A DNA stretch of 64,000 nt from Felis catus. Taxonomy: Eukaryota. Below, one piece after another: positions 1-11,400 of this stretch (the first letter of the stretch is position 1; each line of letters begins with the position of its first letter). The DNA lies in assembly GCF_018350175.1 (NCBI RefSeq), contig NC_058383.1, positions 22,880,001-22,944,000 on the forward strand, written 5' to 3'. The notes beneath the pieces were generated by a model. That model was given only the letters and a program-made list of their open reading frames with translations, had not been told where the DNA came from and made no database searches. The translations under genes were made by a program, and so were the position numbers.

Positions 1-166
1 TGCCAGACACAGCCTTCTCAAGGACAAGCCTCAGGCAGCAAACCTGGTCTCTCTGTATCTCAACTGGCATCTAGACACCATTCAATCTTCTCTGCCTTGA
101 ATTGCAGCCAGACCTGGGGCACCCAAGATAGATGCTGCACTCTCTCCAGGAACAAGGAGGCTCACA

Positions 167-297
167 GAACTGCCTCATACAGCTGTGCAGGTATATACTG
201 CACAACTCTAGGTGGCACCATTCACAATGCAGTCTATGTGAAGGACAGCCCTGGAGTTGTGCAGCACACAACCCACATAGCGGTTCATAGCAGCCTC
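167..297. mobile_element. MER91-like palindromic hAT-Tip100 MITE
   Basis: Inverted arms ctgcacaactc (198-208) and gagttgtgcag (254-264) around ggcaccattcaca...tgtgaa; resembles recalled MER91A consensus. Confidence 0.75.
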
Positions 298-679
298 GGA
301 GGCTGGAGGTGAAATGCTCGTGATTGCTTGGCATAGGATTGACCTTGGATGCTCACTATGACTGTTATTTGGAAATAGATCATCAAAAAAGGGAGAAAGG
401 CCCAGTAGGATATGCCACGATGGATGGTGGGGGCGAGGCTGGCAGCTTTGGGGAAGCCTTGGAGTCAGAAGCAGGCTGGCTCCTCTTGGGACCTTCCCCA
501 TCCTCCTCCAGTCCTGCCTCAAGTTGCCCTAAGCTGGCCCTCCAGTGCCCGTTCTCACGCTGGGCAGCACCTGGCCCTCAACGTCCAGGGCTGCTGGGAA
601 CTCCCAACCAATCACTCAGGCCCTCCCCTTACCAGTGTTTCCCTGTGTTTGCTTTGCTTTTATGATTTGAGCCAGGCCC

Positions 680-868
680 TGTGCCAAGGGTTGCCTGCAC
701 CAGCTCTCGTGACCCTCATCACAACCCTGAGAGGCAGGAACCGACCGAGATCATCCCCGTTTTACAGACAAGGACTCTGAGGTTCAGAGAGGTTAGATCT
801 CATGCACCAAGTCACATAACTGCAAAGTGTCAGAACTAGGAATCAAATTTGGGTCTTTCAGACTCTAG
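680..868 (-). mobile_element. MIR SINE
   Basis: ccccgttttacagacaaggactctgaggttcagagaggttag...caagtcacataac MIR core. Confidence 0.75.
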
Positions 869-880
869 AGTGCAAACTCT

Positions 881-1095
881 TTTTTTTTTTTTTTAATGTT
901 TTTTTACATTTATTTATTTTCGAGAGACAGAGCACAAGTCGGAGAGGGGCAGAGAGAGGAGACACAGAATCCGAAGCAGGCTCCAGGCTCTGAGCTGTCA
1001 GCACAGAGCCCAACGCGGGGCTCAAACTCACAAACTGTGAGATCGTGACCTGAGCCAAAGTCTGACGCTTAACCGACTGAGCCACACAGGCGCCC
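881..1095 (-). mobile_element. Can-SINE (SINEC)
   Basis: Poly-T tail, (GA)n, reverse tRNA head; TSD tgcaaactct. Confidence 0.95.
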
Positions 1096-2019
1096 AAGAA
1101 TGCAAACTCTTAACAATCTTTCTGGGGGATGGATGTGGTGTGTCTTCTGGGTCTGATGCTCTACGTGCATATTGGGCCTTGGGTCTGGGAAGCCATGTGG
1201 GTGACCATGACATTCATTGCTGCTGGTGATGATGGGGATGAAGGTGATGATGATGGGGATAGTGATAACAATGACAGGCGTGAATATGATGATATATATA
1301 CCTACTGGATGGGGTTACTGTGCAGATTCAAGGAACTAAGTCAGGCCAAATGTATCTCACTGCGCCTGTCCTCCGTCAGCATTCTGTAAGTGCTGGGTCA
1401 ACTGGGCTTCCCGTGCCCTGGACCTCCAAAGTGGGTTCCACTGCATTCGAGTTTATTGAGTGAACACCTTCCTCCTCCAACACTAGGTGAAAGGCAAGAA
1501 TCAAAGACAAGGAAGGGATAAAGGGGGTAACATTCTTTTCCCTTGGCCCCTCCTTTTTCCAACTAAGTCTCCATTTCCTGCCACCCTCTGAAATCCAGCT
1601 TGGGGTACTGGGCCTTGGGCCCAACCTCTGGAACCGAGTCGTTGGGAGGCAGGCCCAGCCTCTGTGTGCTTCGTGGGTCCCTGGGTGGCCATCTGGCAGG
1701 AAGAAGCCAGGGCTCCGGGGAAATTTAGAGGCTAAGAATCTGGTGCCCAGGAAGGTGATGCGCAGTTACCCCAAGAGTCATAGCCACACGCAAGCTGGGC
1801 TCTGGGCTGCCCCTCTCTGTTGGGGGAGATTCGAATCTTAACCCACACAGTGACCCAGGGTAGTTCCTGGGAAGCAAACAGCTGAAACCTTACACTGTGG
1901 GTAAGCCAAGGGTTTCGAGAACTCTGTCACAGAGTAAAAATTTCCACTCCTCTTCCGCACCCACTTCTCAAATAACACCTGGAAGCCGAGGACAGGCAGG
2001 ATAGGGAGAGCAAAGTGGG

Positions 2020-2325
2020 CTCTGTGGTCAGATTGCTTGCTTGGGTTTGAATCCCAGCCCCACCATTTATTTACTAGTGCTGTGTGACCTTGGGCAAGTT
2101 ACTTAACCTCTCTGAGCCTGTTTTTTTTTTTCTTACCAGCAAAATCTAGATAATTACACCGCGTTTTGCTGGATTGTTGGAAAGATACAATGAGATCGTG
2201 CACTGAGAGAGCTTGGTTTCTCCAGGGGTCAAATGGGGAGGATATTTGTACCCTTCTTTTATGATGCATGAGCCCGGCATGTAGGACATGCTTGAAAGAC
2301 ACTGCCTATTTTTATTATTATCACT
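2020..2325 (+). mobile_element. MIR SINE
   Basis: tgggtttgaatcccagc...ctgtgtgaccttgggcaagttacttaacctctctgagcc. Confidence 0.8.
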
Positions 2326-4429
2326 GTAGGGGAGAAAGCCACATGGACCTCAGCAGCATTTACTTGACGAACTGAATCACATGGGAAAGAGAAACTGAAG
2401 TCAGTTCATCTCTGTGAGTGAGGCAAGCAAAACAAGATGGTTCCCAGATGGAGCGGTCACACCTCGAGTGAGTGACAAGCTTTGGGGAGCTGTCTGACCG
2501 TGGAGAGGGGTCACAGGCTGGGGTTTTTAGCCAACTAAAAGATGCAATGAGAACTCCGCCCCACCCATCCAGCCAAGGGTGGGCCCCAGTGGGAATTCAG
2601 GAGTCAGAAATGAGGCTGGAGAGGGGGTCTCAGGGTAGGGGGGCCGAGGAGTCTCCTGGGGGCTGGGAGACATGGCTTGCTCACCACTGTATCTCCAGTG
2701 CCTGGCCCGTGGCTGCAGTGGCAAAGCAGAGAACAAAACAGACACGACCTAACCCTCTAGAAGTTTAAATCCCTGCAAACTCATGTTGTAGCATTTCAGG
2801 AAGCACTCCCTACATGCTAGGAAATGTTCTCGTTCCCCTTGCCCCCCGACTGCCACCCTTCTCCAGGCTCTGCCTTCTGCAAGTGTGTTGCACGGAGACC
2901 CACTCACTGGGGCCATCATCCTGTGACTGGGTCACCACCCGTGTCACCTAGTGTCAGAGGGGGCAGACTGGCTCCCACTACTACAAGCCTGCAAGTTGTA
3001 ACCAGCCCGTCGTCTGTTCTCCACTTGAACATCACTCCTCCCTGGACACACACAGGCCCAGATTCTGATGTTTCAACTTTCACTGAGTTCTACAGGTGAA
3101 GGTGTTCCTGGCCTTTCAGAGGCTCGGGGGCCTCTCCTCCCACGGCCCCACCCACCTTCCTTCTCAAAGCCCAGCAAGAATGGTGCAGCCTTTCTGGAGT
3201 CAATTGGAGCAGTGAGAAGGGTGGGGCCAGTGACTGAGGGGCCTGTGGCTCTAAGCTAAGGTGCTGTGCACTTAGCTAGCTGAGAGCCCCTGGGGCGGGG
3301 CGGGAGGTGCTGTGGTCCCCAGTCCACACGCCAGCACCGGGGCTCAGAGGGTAAGTATCAAGCCCAAGGTCACACAGAGCTGAGCTGCAATGCCAGCCAG
3401 TCTGACTCCCAAACTCAATGGTTACACAAACTGCCTCTCCAGGACTCTGGGTAAATCTTGGTGAGAATGCTTTAAGGACAGGGAATCGTCTCCTCAAGCG
3501 GCCTGTGGGAAACCAGGACTCCCCTGGACCAGCACATGGCCCCTCCTTTCACTAGGGAGCACCTCCCACGTGCCCAGCACACCTCTAAACAGTTCACAAC
3601 CCCTCCCCCATCCCTAAGACCTTCAAAGGTGGCCTTCACGTCCACAGGCACAGACCCCGAAGGTTCTTCCTAGTCTCTCTCACCAACCAGACTCAACATC
3701 CAGCCCCCATCCAACTCCTCATTGCGGCACAAGCCACAGAGGACGATCAAAGGTGATCCTCCCTGGGGTGGGAGGTGGTGCCTTTCAACCAGGAAAATCA
3801 ACAAAGTCCACACACAGCCATGAGTGAGAGAGCCACGGTGGAATTTCAGGAATCAGCCTGCAGAGGGCGGGGGAGCTTGTTTGGGGAGGCCACGCAGCCC
3901 CTGCTTGAGGTCTTCCCTGGAGCCCTGGAGCCAGATCGGAGCAGCTCCTGAAGGAGGGTGTTCCAGACTTCCCAGATCTTAGCCTTCCTTCCAGACCTTG
4001 GCTCAGGGACGAGCTCCACGGCATATCAGGAGGAAGCAAGGCTTGCTTCGTCCCAGAGGTCTGCAAGGAAAGGGACACCAGTGGCCCCAGACTCCCCAGC
4101 CCCCGCAATCCTCAAGACATTCCCTGTCAGGGAGGCAGTGTGGAGGAGGAGAAAGTTGGGACTGGATTCAAGTTCTGTTGTTATCACTGTGTGGCCTGAA
4201 CCTCTACAAATTCCTGAACCTCTCTGAGCCTCAGTCTCTTACGGCCTCGCCCCTCATTTGCTGGGCATTCCCCACCTCCCAGCAAAACCCCCAGGTTTGC
4301 TCTGGGTTCAGCTCAGCCCCATGACTGTATCTTGGCTAGGACCCCATTTCCTTAGTGTAAAAAACAAATTCCTCACTTAAAAACAAAAATGCTAAGATTT
4401 CCAGGCTTGTTTCAAGTTAATTTACTTAT

Positions 4430-4640
4430 TTAACAAACGTTTATTTAGGACTTACTGTGTGCCAGGTGCTGTTCTAAGCACTTGACACATTTAATCTTCA
4501 TAACATCCCTACTGAGGTGAGAGTTATTATCATCTCCAGTTGACAGATGAGAAAACTGAAGCACAGAGAGGTTAAGTAACTTGCCTGAGGTCACACAGCA
4601 GGTAAGTACAGAGCCAGGATTCCGATCTCTCCGGGTTAGC
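4430..4640 (-). mobile_element. MIR SINE
   Basis: acagatgagaaaactgaagcacagagaggttaagtaacttgcctgaggtcacacagc. Confidence 0.85.
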
Positions 4641-4932
4641 AGACCCAGGTTAGGAGTCACTGCATCTTTTGTATGTTCCCACCAGCTAAGATTTCTTCTG
4701 ACTTTATATTTTGTCATTTAAATTATGGAAACACATACTTTTTTAACTTTGCAAATACAAAGTGAAATTAAAATACAGATGATGCTTTTATAAGCTCCCT
4801 AGACACCATCCCCATCTGAACCTGCTGGTCTTCATATGTGGTCCAGTAGCTGACTGTAGCCTCCCCATTCTCCTAGTTCTGACTTCCTATGATAGTCCCA
4901 AAGATGCAGAGCAAGCGCTTATCTCATCCTTT

Positions 4933-5148
4933 AAAAAATGTTTTTTTAAATGTTTATTTTTGAGAGAGAGAGAGAGAGAGAGACAGAGCGTGAGCAGGGG
5001 AGGGGCAGAGAGAGAGGGAGACACAGAATCCGAAGCAGGCTCCAGGCTCTGAGCTGTCAGCGCAGAGCACTGATGCGGGATCAGGGACTGTAAGATCATG
5101 ACCTGAGGCTAAGTCAGGCGCTTAACCAACTAAGCCACCCAGGCGCCC
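4933..5148 (-). mobile_element. Can-SINE
   Basis: Full reverse SINEC; TSD ctcatccttt. Confidence 0.95.
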
Positions 5149-5199
5149 CTCATCCTTTTATAAAGGGACTCTATGCACACAGATGGTAGAATACTACAC

Positions 5200-5910
5200 A
5201 CTGTTCTATTCCCTGTAATTTTCTTTTAACAATACATCTGGGAGATGGTTCCACATCCATTCATAAAGAGCTACTGCTTTCTTTTTAGTGACTGCATCAT
5301 ATTCTCCTGTGTGGCCAATTCCCACAAGTAACAGTACTTGGCTCCTTTCTGACGGGTGTTTACTTTGCAATTGTTTGCTCTTACACACAATGATGACTAT
5401 CTTTGTTGTGTCCAATGCAAAGATATCCACTGGGTAAATCCCTGCAGGTGAAATTGCAGAGCCATGGGTATGGGCCTCTTGAATATCGGCAGTTTTCCTA
5501 ACTACCCCCCACTGAGGGGTACCTGTGCTCCTGCCCGCAGGGTTTGAGAGTACTGGTTTCCCCCACCCCATGTCCAGCACTGAGTGTTACCCAGCCATCT
5601 GGCAGGTGGGAAACAGAATTGGTGTGGTTTGGCCGTGCGATTCTTTTTTGAAGAATGGTTGAGCACCTTTTTGTCTGTTTGAATTTATGCTTCTTTTTAT
5701 GTACTTCTATTTAGCCAAATCACATCCTTTACTTTCTTCTTCTTTTTTTCTTTTTTGGATGGGGTGCTTGGTCTTTGATTTGTGAGCGCTCTTTATCCAT
5801 GTAGTTAACTCTTTGTCATAGAAGTGACAAATATTTTTACTAGTTTGACATGCCCGGGCTTATGGGTACTTTTGGTTTTGGTCATGCAAGAAATAGTAAA
5901 TTTTATGAAG
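5200..5910 (-). mobile_element. Old L1M fragment
   Basis: Degenerate reverse L1 ORF2-end/3'UTR; ORF track shows AISPAGIYP, similar to L1 AIPLLGIYP. Confidence 0.6.
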
Positions 5911-5979
5911 GCAGGCCTAGAAACTTTGATCTTTAAGGCAAGGCCATGTTTCCACCCATTAGTACTGCCTCCCACTCTT

Positions 5980-6100
5980 TTTCTTTTTTTTTTGTCAGCG
6001 CAGAGCCCAACATGGGGCTCGATCCCACAAACCACAAGACCGTGACCTGAGCTGAGACCAAGAGTTGGATGCCCAGCCAACTGAGCCACCCAGGCACCCC
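5980..6100 (-). mobile_element. Can-SINE (partial)
   Basis: Reverse tRNA-derived head ending gagccacccaggcacccc. Confidence 0.85.
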
Positions 6101-6515
6101 AACTGTTGCTCAGAGCTTCCAAGAGGACGTGTAGAGGGTGCCTACTTCTCAACTGGAGGTTCTCTGCAGTACGCTCCTGTCCCCAGCCTGGACTTCCTTC
6201 CTCATCACATGACCTGGAACCTCCTTAATGTTTTTTTGTGCAGAGTCTTGGGATCATTCTCCACCATTCAGGACTTGTGCCTGGACACATGTTCTCACGG
6301 GAGCTCCGGGGAAAGGGACAGCCCACAAGAGCCCCCAGGCACAGAAGGGTCTCTAATAACAGGTTTTTTATGGGGAGGGGGTGGGTCCTCAGCTGCCTGG
6401 GGCATCCCTCACTTTCAGCATCTCTGAAATTCAAATCTCGCTCCAGACCCTCAAGGTGGGCAGAGGCTGCAAGACTAGAAAGCACAGCAAGTTCTAAAGA
6501 ATAAAAAGCCCAGGA

Positions 6516-6727
6516 GGGGCGCCTGGGTGACTCAGTCAGTTAAGCGTCTGACTCTTGATTTCGGCTCAGGTCATATCTCACAATTCATGAGATCTAGCCC
6601 CGAGTTGGGCTCGATGTTGACAGCACAGAGTCTGCTGGGATTCTCTCTCATCCTCTCTCTCTCTCTGCCCCTCCCCATCTATGTGCCCTCTTTCTCTCTC
6701 AAAAAACAACAACAACAAAAAAAAAAA
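6516..6727 (+). mobile_element. Can-SINE
   Basis: ggggcgcctgggtgactcagtc head, (CT)n, A tail. Confidence 0.95.
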
Positions 6728-6902
6728 CCCAAAATCCGCGAACTCCACTAAGCCCCTCAGCAACTGTCCAGCGTGGAGGGAAACTTGCCTTTGTCTTAGG
6801 ACATACCCTCCATCTTTGGCCTTTGCTGAGAACATTCTCACCGTCTAGTGGGAGGTGGGTGCAGGTGGCTGGAGGGGTCTCATTTGAAGTTTCTCTTTAG
6901 GC

Positions 6903-7095
6903 CAGTGACCCTGAAATCTTTCAGCACATGGAACCACCTCTGCAGGGTTTATTAAAATACAGGTTTCTGGGCCCCACCCCCAGTCTCTGATTCAGTAGGT
7001 CTAGGGTGGGTCTGAGAATCTGCACTTCCAATCAGCTCCCAGCTGAGTCCAATGCCAATGCTCCTGGTCCACGGACCACACTTTGAGACCTGCTG
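6903..7095. mobile_element. MER5A (hAT-Charlie)
   Basis: gggccccacccccag...ctgattcagtaggtctagggtggg...ggaccacactttgag. Confidence 0.85.
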
Positions 7096-7229
7096 GCCCT
7101 TCGTTCCCTGGGCTCCCCCATCTGGTATGAGTGAGGTGCAGAGAGGGCTGGACACACACAGGCTTTGTTCCAATGGAAATCACAGCAGCAACCGCTCCAT
7201 GCCAGGTCCCATGCTGAGGTGTGTGCATT

Positions 7230-7510
7230 TTCTGATCTTATCTTCACAACCAACACCGCAGTAGGTTTTACTAGTATTACCTCTGCTTTATGATGAGAAA
7301 CAAGGCTCAGAGAGGGTGCCCAGGGCTTTAGAATCAAACAGATCTGGGGTCAGATCCCAGCTCTGCCACTGACCCACTGTGCAAGCTCGTGGGCAAGGGC
7401 TTACCCTCCCTGAACCTCTGACTCATCAGTAAATGGGGATCACAGATGTGATTCCCAAGGGCACTATGAGGCAATTATAAGAGCACCTGCACATAGTAGG
7501 TATGCAAAAA
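7230..7510. mobile_element. Two MIR fragments in opposite orientation
   Basis: gatgagaaacaaggctcagagagg followed by ggctttagaatcaaacagatctggg...cccagctctgccact. Confidence 0.65.
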
Positions 7511-7562
7511 ATGTTCATCCTCCTTCCTGTCATAAGCCCCATCATGATCTCAAGGTCCTTTT

Positions 7563-7774
7563 CTTATTACTTACTTACTTATTTATTTATAGAGCGTGCC
7601 CTCACGTGCACACAAGTGGGAGAAGAGCAGAGGGAGAGGGAAGGAGAGAATCCCAAATGGGCTACAGGCCCAGTGAGGAGCCCAACATGGGGTTCGATTC
7701 CATGACTGTGAGATCACAACCTGAACCGAAATTAAGAGTCAGACACTTAACCAACTGAGCCACCCAGGCGCCCC
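7563..7774 (-). mobile_element. Can-SINE
   Basis: TSD tcaaggtccttttct. Confidence 0.95.
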
Positions 7775-9365
7775 TCAAGGTCCTTTTCTGTCTCCTCTGT
7801 ATGGCAGTGCTTTTCTCACTCCACTGCTCCAGAGAAACTCCTATTTATCCTTCAAAACCCACCTTAGAATCCCCTCCTCTTTGTATCTGTCCCCGAAATG
7901 TTGTCCTCTCCCAGTTTTTGGAAAGAAAAAAAAATCTAGGATGATAGCATCTGGTTTGAAAAAGGAGTTCAAAGCATTACTTTCCTTCCTTTCTTCCTCC
8001 TTCACTTGTGTTTCCACAGCGTTTATATCAAGCACAATTTGGAGTACAAATGATGCTCTCCCAGGGACCAGGTGGCTAATGTCACCATTATCAGCATCAG
8101 CAACACTTAGATAGTATGCACCATGCCCCAGACACTGTTTTAAGAGGCTTAGGTTCTTGACTCATTCAAAACCTAAAATAACCTTGTGAGGCAAGTGCTA
8201 CTTATTATCACACAATTAATTTGTGGCAGAGATGGGATGTAAAAGCTGGCTGTGAGTTTATGTTACTAAGTTTTGTGTTATGTGGTCATTATGAAGGAGG
8301 CCAGGTGGGGACTGTGGCACCTTGGAAGGTGCCCATCTCATCTAAGGGGGCAGCCAAATGTTGGGCCCAGAGTTGTCTGTTTCTCTGATTTCTCAAGAGG
8401 ATCCAGAGATACAGATTTTTATGTGACATCTCCCACTTTTTAACATTTGAGAGTCATCTAAAATACAAGAAGGAGGGTGGGCCTCACAAAAGCTGCCCAT
8501 GGGCCTCCTTTGCAACTTCTGTCTCTTGTATCTCCAAGGTGGGGACCTTGGCTCACTTCATTGCTGCACCTTAGCTCACCAGGTGTGCAGTTCACCTGTT
8601 GCAGATGCCATGAGGCTTCTGGACTCCTCTGAGCTGAGCTTGGCGCTCAGTAGCCAGGAATCTCATCCTCCAGCCCACTCAGCACTCAGGATTCTCCAGT
8701 CTGGATTTGGGGTGTGGACAAATGATGGACCCAATGGTGACTCTGGGTGTCACCTCCACCCAGGGGCCATCTCCGGGTCTCTCCCTGTCCCACACAAGAC
8801 TTCCTACTTAGGGCTGACAAGGCTCTGAGTATTTTGTTTCATCACCCCACGAACGCACTCCATAGTTTTGGGAGGTTGCCATTATCCTCACCCCCATGGT
8901 ACAGATGAGAAAGCTATGGCTCACACAGGGGAAGGGACTTGTCCCAGCCAGGAAGCGGTGGACCTAGAATGGTAATGCAAGCACCACCCCATTCCAGCTT
9001 CTCCCCAGATGGCTGTTCACAGGCATTCCACCAAACTATGGATGGTCTTGGCACACATTCCAACACAAGCGCACTCTCATCCCACAGACCAGACCCGGAA
9101 GGAAAGTTTGTGTGACACAAATAGGACCTTGGACACTCCCATCTACTAGCCATCTTTCCTAACTACCTGTCTCCTACTGGAAGGTGGGGGCGGCACTGGG
9201 GGCATCTGGAGAGAATCCCTGGAGGCCGACCCTTTTGGGAACTCTGCCCACTGGTGCCTGGACAGGCAGAGCTTGTGGCCTGGCTCAATCCCAGGCTTTT
9301 GGGCTCAGCAGAGATCACAGCGAGAGAGGGTGTCGTGTTCGTGTTTGCCTAAAGACAGGACAGAA

Positions 9366-9600
9366 GTGTGCATATGTGCACCTGTGCATGTGTGTGTGGT
9401 GCACACATGTGTGAACCCGTGCACGTGTATATGCGGCGACCTGCACGGTAGCATATATGCAAATTGGACACGTTCTGTGCGCATGTGCATGTGCAGACGT
9501 CTTGTGCGCATGTGCACACGTCTTGTGCGCATGTACACGTGTGGACGCCTTGTGCGCATGTGTAAATACAAGCACGTGAGAAACGGAGAGGTGAGCACGT
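9366..9600. repeat. Alternating purine-pyrimidine low-complexity tract with 4 copies of tgtgcgcatgt
   Basis: Copies at 9476, 9503, 9524 and 9551. Confidence 0.9.
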
Positions 9601-10509
9601 TGTACCACAAATTCAGGTCCTGTGACGTTAGTGTACGACAAAGAACGAAAACCTTTCTTAACCCAGAGATGTCGATTTATGGAAAAAGCTGAAGTAGAAA
9701 ACAGCCCCGGGAATTTTTATGACCAGGTGAGATTTATATGCGCAACATGGATAACTCTCAAAGAAATGATAACTGGCGGGCTGGGGATGGTGGAGAGGGG
9801 GGCCAAGTTGCAGAATATGGACGGATTATACCATTTCTGTTAAACATCTGCCCACAACCTCACTATGTGTTTGAAGTGTAGATCTGGAAGGAACACCCCA
9901 TGTTGTGCAAGTGGTTTCTTTCAGGGAGCAGGGAGGGCAGGGATTGGAAGGCTATAGACTAAGAGGAATGGATGAAGGACCCCTGTGTTCCTTCTGGCAT
10001 CACACAGTTCAGTGGGCATCACACAGTTCAGTTCAGGTAGGTCGGGTCACTGGCAGATGCCGGGTGGGGGCCACAGAGATGCTGAGACCTCGGGGGGGGG
10101 GGGGCATTTCCACACGTCCCCCATGGACTGTGGGAGGGCTCTGCTGCTAGGGAGGAACGAGTCTTGGCTGTCCTGATCCAGGTCCCTGGTGGGCATGGGG
10201 TGAGGGACCTGTTGTACCTCTCTTGGGAAGAAACTCTGCTTCCTGTCTAAACTTATTCGTGCCTCAGTTTCTCCGTCCACGCTGCGGTGGGAAGGGCCTG
10301 CTCCGTGCTGCCACACACCCTCAGTTCCCTGGTCCCTGCTTCCCCGGGGCACACCGAAGCCAAGCCTTCACGAAGCCAAGACAATCTCCCAGGACAGACC
10401 CCCTCTGGGGAGAGGCAGCTAGGAGCTGGGAACAGGCCTCCTCCCCAGCAGGAGGCCACGCAGACAACACGGGGTCCCCCCGGGCCCCCCAGGGGCGGCT
10501 GACAGGGGA

Positions 10510-10710
10510 GGCCAGGACGCACGCTCTGGGGTCAGACTTCTGGGCTCTGTGACTGACCGGAACGCAGGCAAGCTTCACCACCCTCTGCCCTCAGTTTCCC
10601 CGTCTGTGAAATGGTAACACCACGGAGCCCCACCGCCCCAGGATGCTGCGTGGCTGAAGTCGGGCTGTTCCGCTTCGCGACGCCCAGCGCGGAGCCGGCG
10701 CTCTCGGGTT
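10510..10710 (+). mobile_element. GC/CpG-enriched MIR at the CpG-island edge
   Basis: ctctgccctcagtttccccgtctgtgaaatgg core; flanks remain colinear with MIR. Confidence 0.65.
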
Positions 10711-11400
10711 TCGCGGGTGTTACCCTCTGGGGCGACAGCTCACCCCGCCCCTCCGCGCCCAGGACGCCACGGCCCTCTCCGCCGCCCCGACGCTCTTGGG
10801 GCTCGCTGGGTTCCCCCTCTTCCCACTCTGGGAGCTTTTGTCACCCCGCAGACCTCCCCCTGCGCCCCGACGCTGGGTCCCAGCGGCGCCGCCGCTAGCG
10901 CCCAGACGCCCCCGCGAGGGAAACTGAGGCGGGACCCACGGAGCGCGCGCGGGAAGGCGCCGCGGCAGGGCGGCCCCTGCGTTCTCCCGGGGTCGCTGTC
11001 ATACCTGCTCCTTGCAGCGGCTCCGGGCGGCGACAGAGGCGGCGGCCGGGCGTCTGCGGCGCTGGGGCTGGGAGCGCGCGCGGCGACGGGGATGGGGAGG
11101 GAGCAGGCCGAGGGGGCGGGAAGCCCGGTAGCGCTCGCGGGCGGAGCTTGGCGGCGCAGACCGCGGGCCGACGCGCGCACGCTCCTGGCCCCGGCCGCTC
11201 TCCTCCCGGCCGACCAGCTTCGGCCCCGCACACCCACTCGTGCCCACGTGCCACCCCCACGTACCCCGAGCACCCCGCACCCCTGCCGCCCACTCGCACG
11301 CACCCCGCATACTCCCCCCCCCACACCCCGCATGTCTGGACCCCACCACACCCACACACGACCCAATAGGTGCACATAGACCCCCTTACTCGCGTGTTTC
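10620..11400. promoter_or_regulatory. CpG-island promoter
   Basis: Very high GC and CpG density; GC boxes ggggcggg (11113-11120) and gggcggag (11139-11146), E-box cacgtg (11245-11250), CCAAT (11363-11367). Confidence 0.9.
11005..11100 (-). other. Probable non-coding first exon of an unidentified minus-strand gene (5' end approximate)
   Basis: Minus strand ...GGAGCCGCTGCAAGGAGCAG|GTATGA donor inside the CpG island, downstream of GC boxes; no ATG in this exon segment. Confidence 0.6.

Noticed and set aside
1129..1389. ORF with acidic GDDGDEGDDDGDSD stretch
   Set aside because: (GAT)n low-complexity sequence running into a MIR fragment
1501..1694. Minus-strand acceptor directly followed by ATG (MATQGPTKH...)
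   Set aside because: Only a weak donor (GAG|GTTGGG), short pyrimidine tract and unrecognised peptide; likely chance
3785..3875. Minus-strand acceptor CCCCCGCCCTCTGCAG|G
   Set aside because: No convincing paired donor, and the following ATG frame stops after 7 codons
4595..4610. Consensus donor CAG|GTAAGT
   Set aside because: Lies inside a MIR, opposite to the inferred gene strand, with no paired acceptor seen
6516..6610. tRNA-like A and B boxes here and in other copies
   Set aside because: tRNA-derived SINE heads, not tRNA genes
9273..9692. Repetitive ORFs (RLVRM / HMRTRR) and CRISPR-like spaced repeats
   Set aside because: Simple low-complexity minisatellite in a mammalian genome; no unique spacers and no cas genes
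10620..11400. Assigning a gene symbol to the CpG-island gene
   Set aside because: No coding sequence in the window, and I do not recognise the first exon; a transcript search is needed
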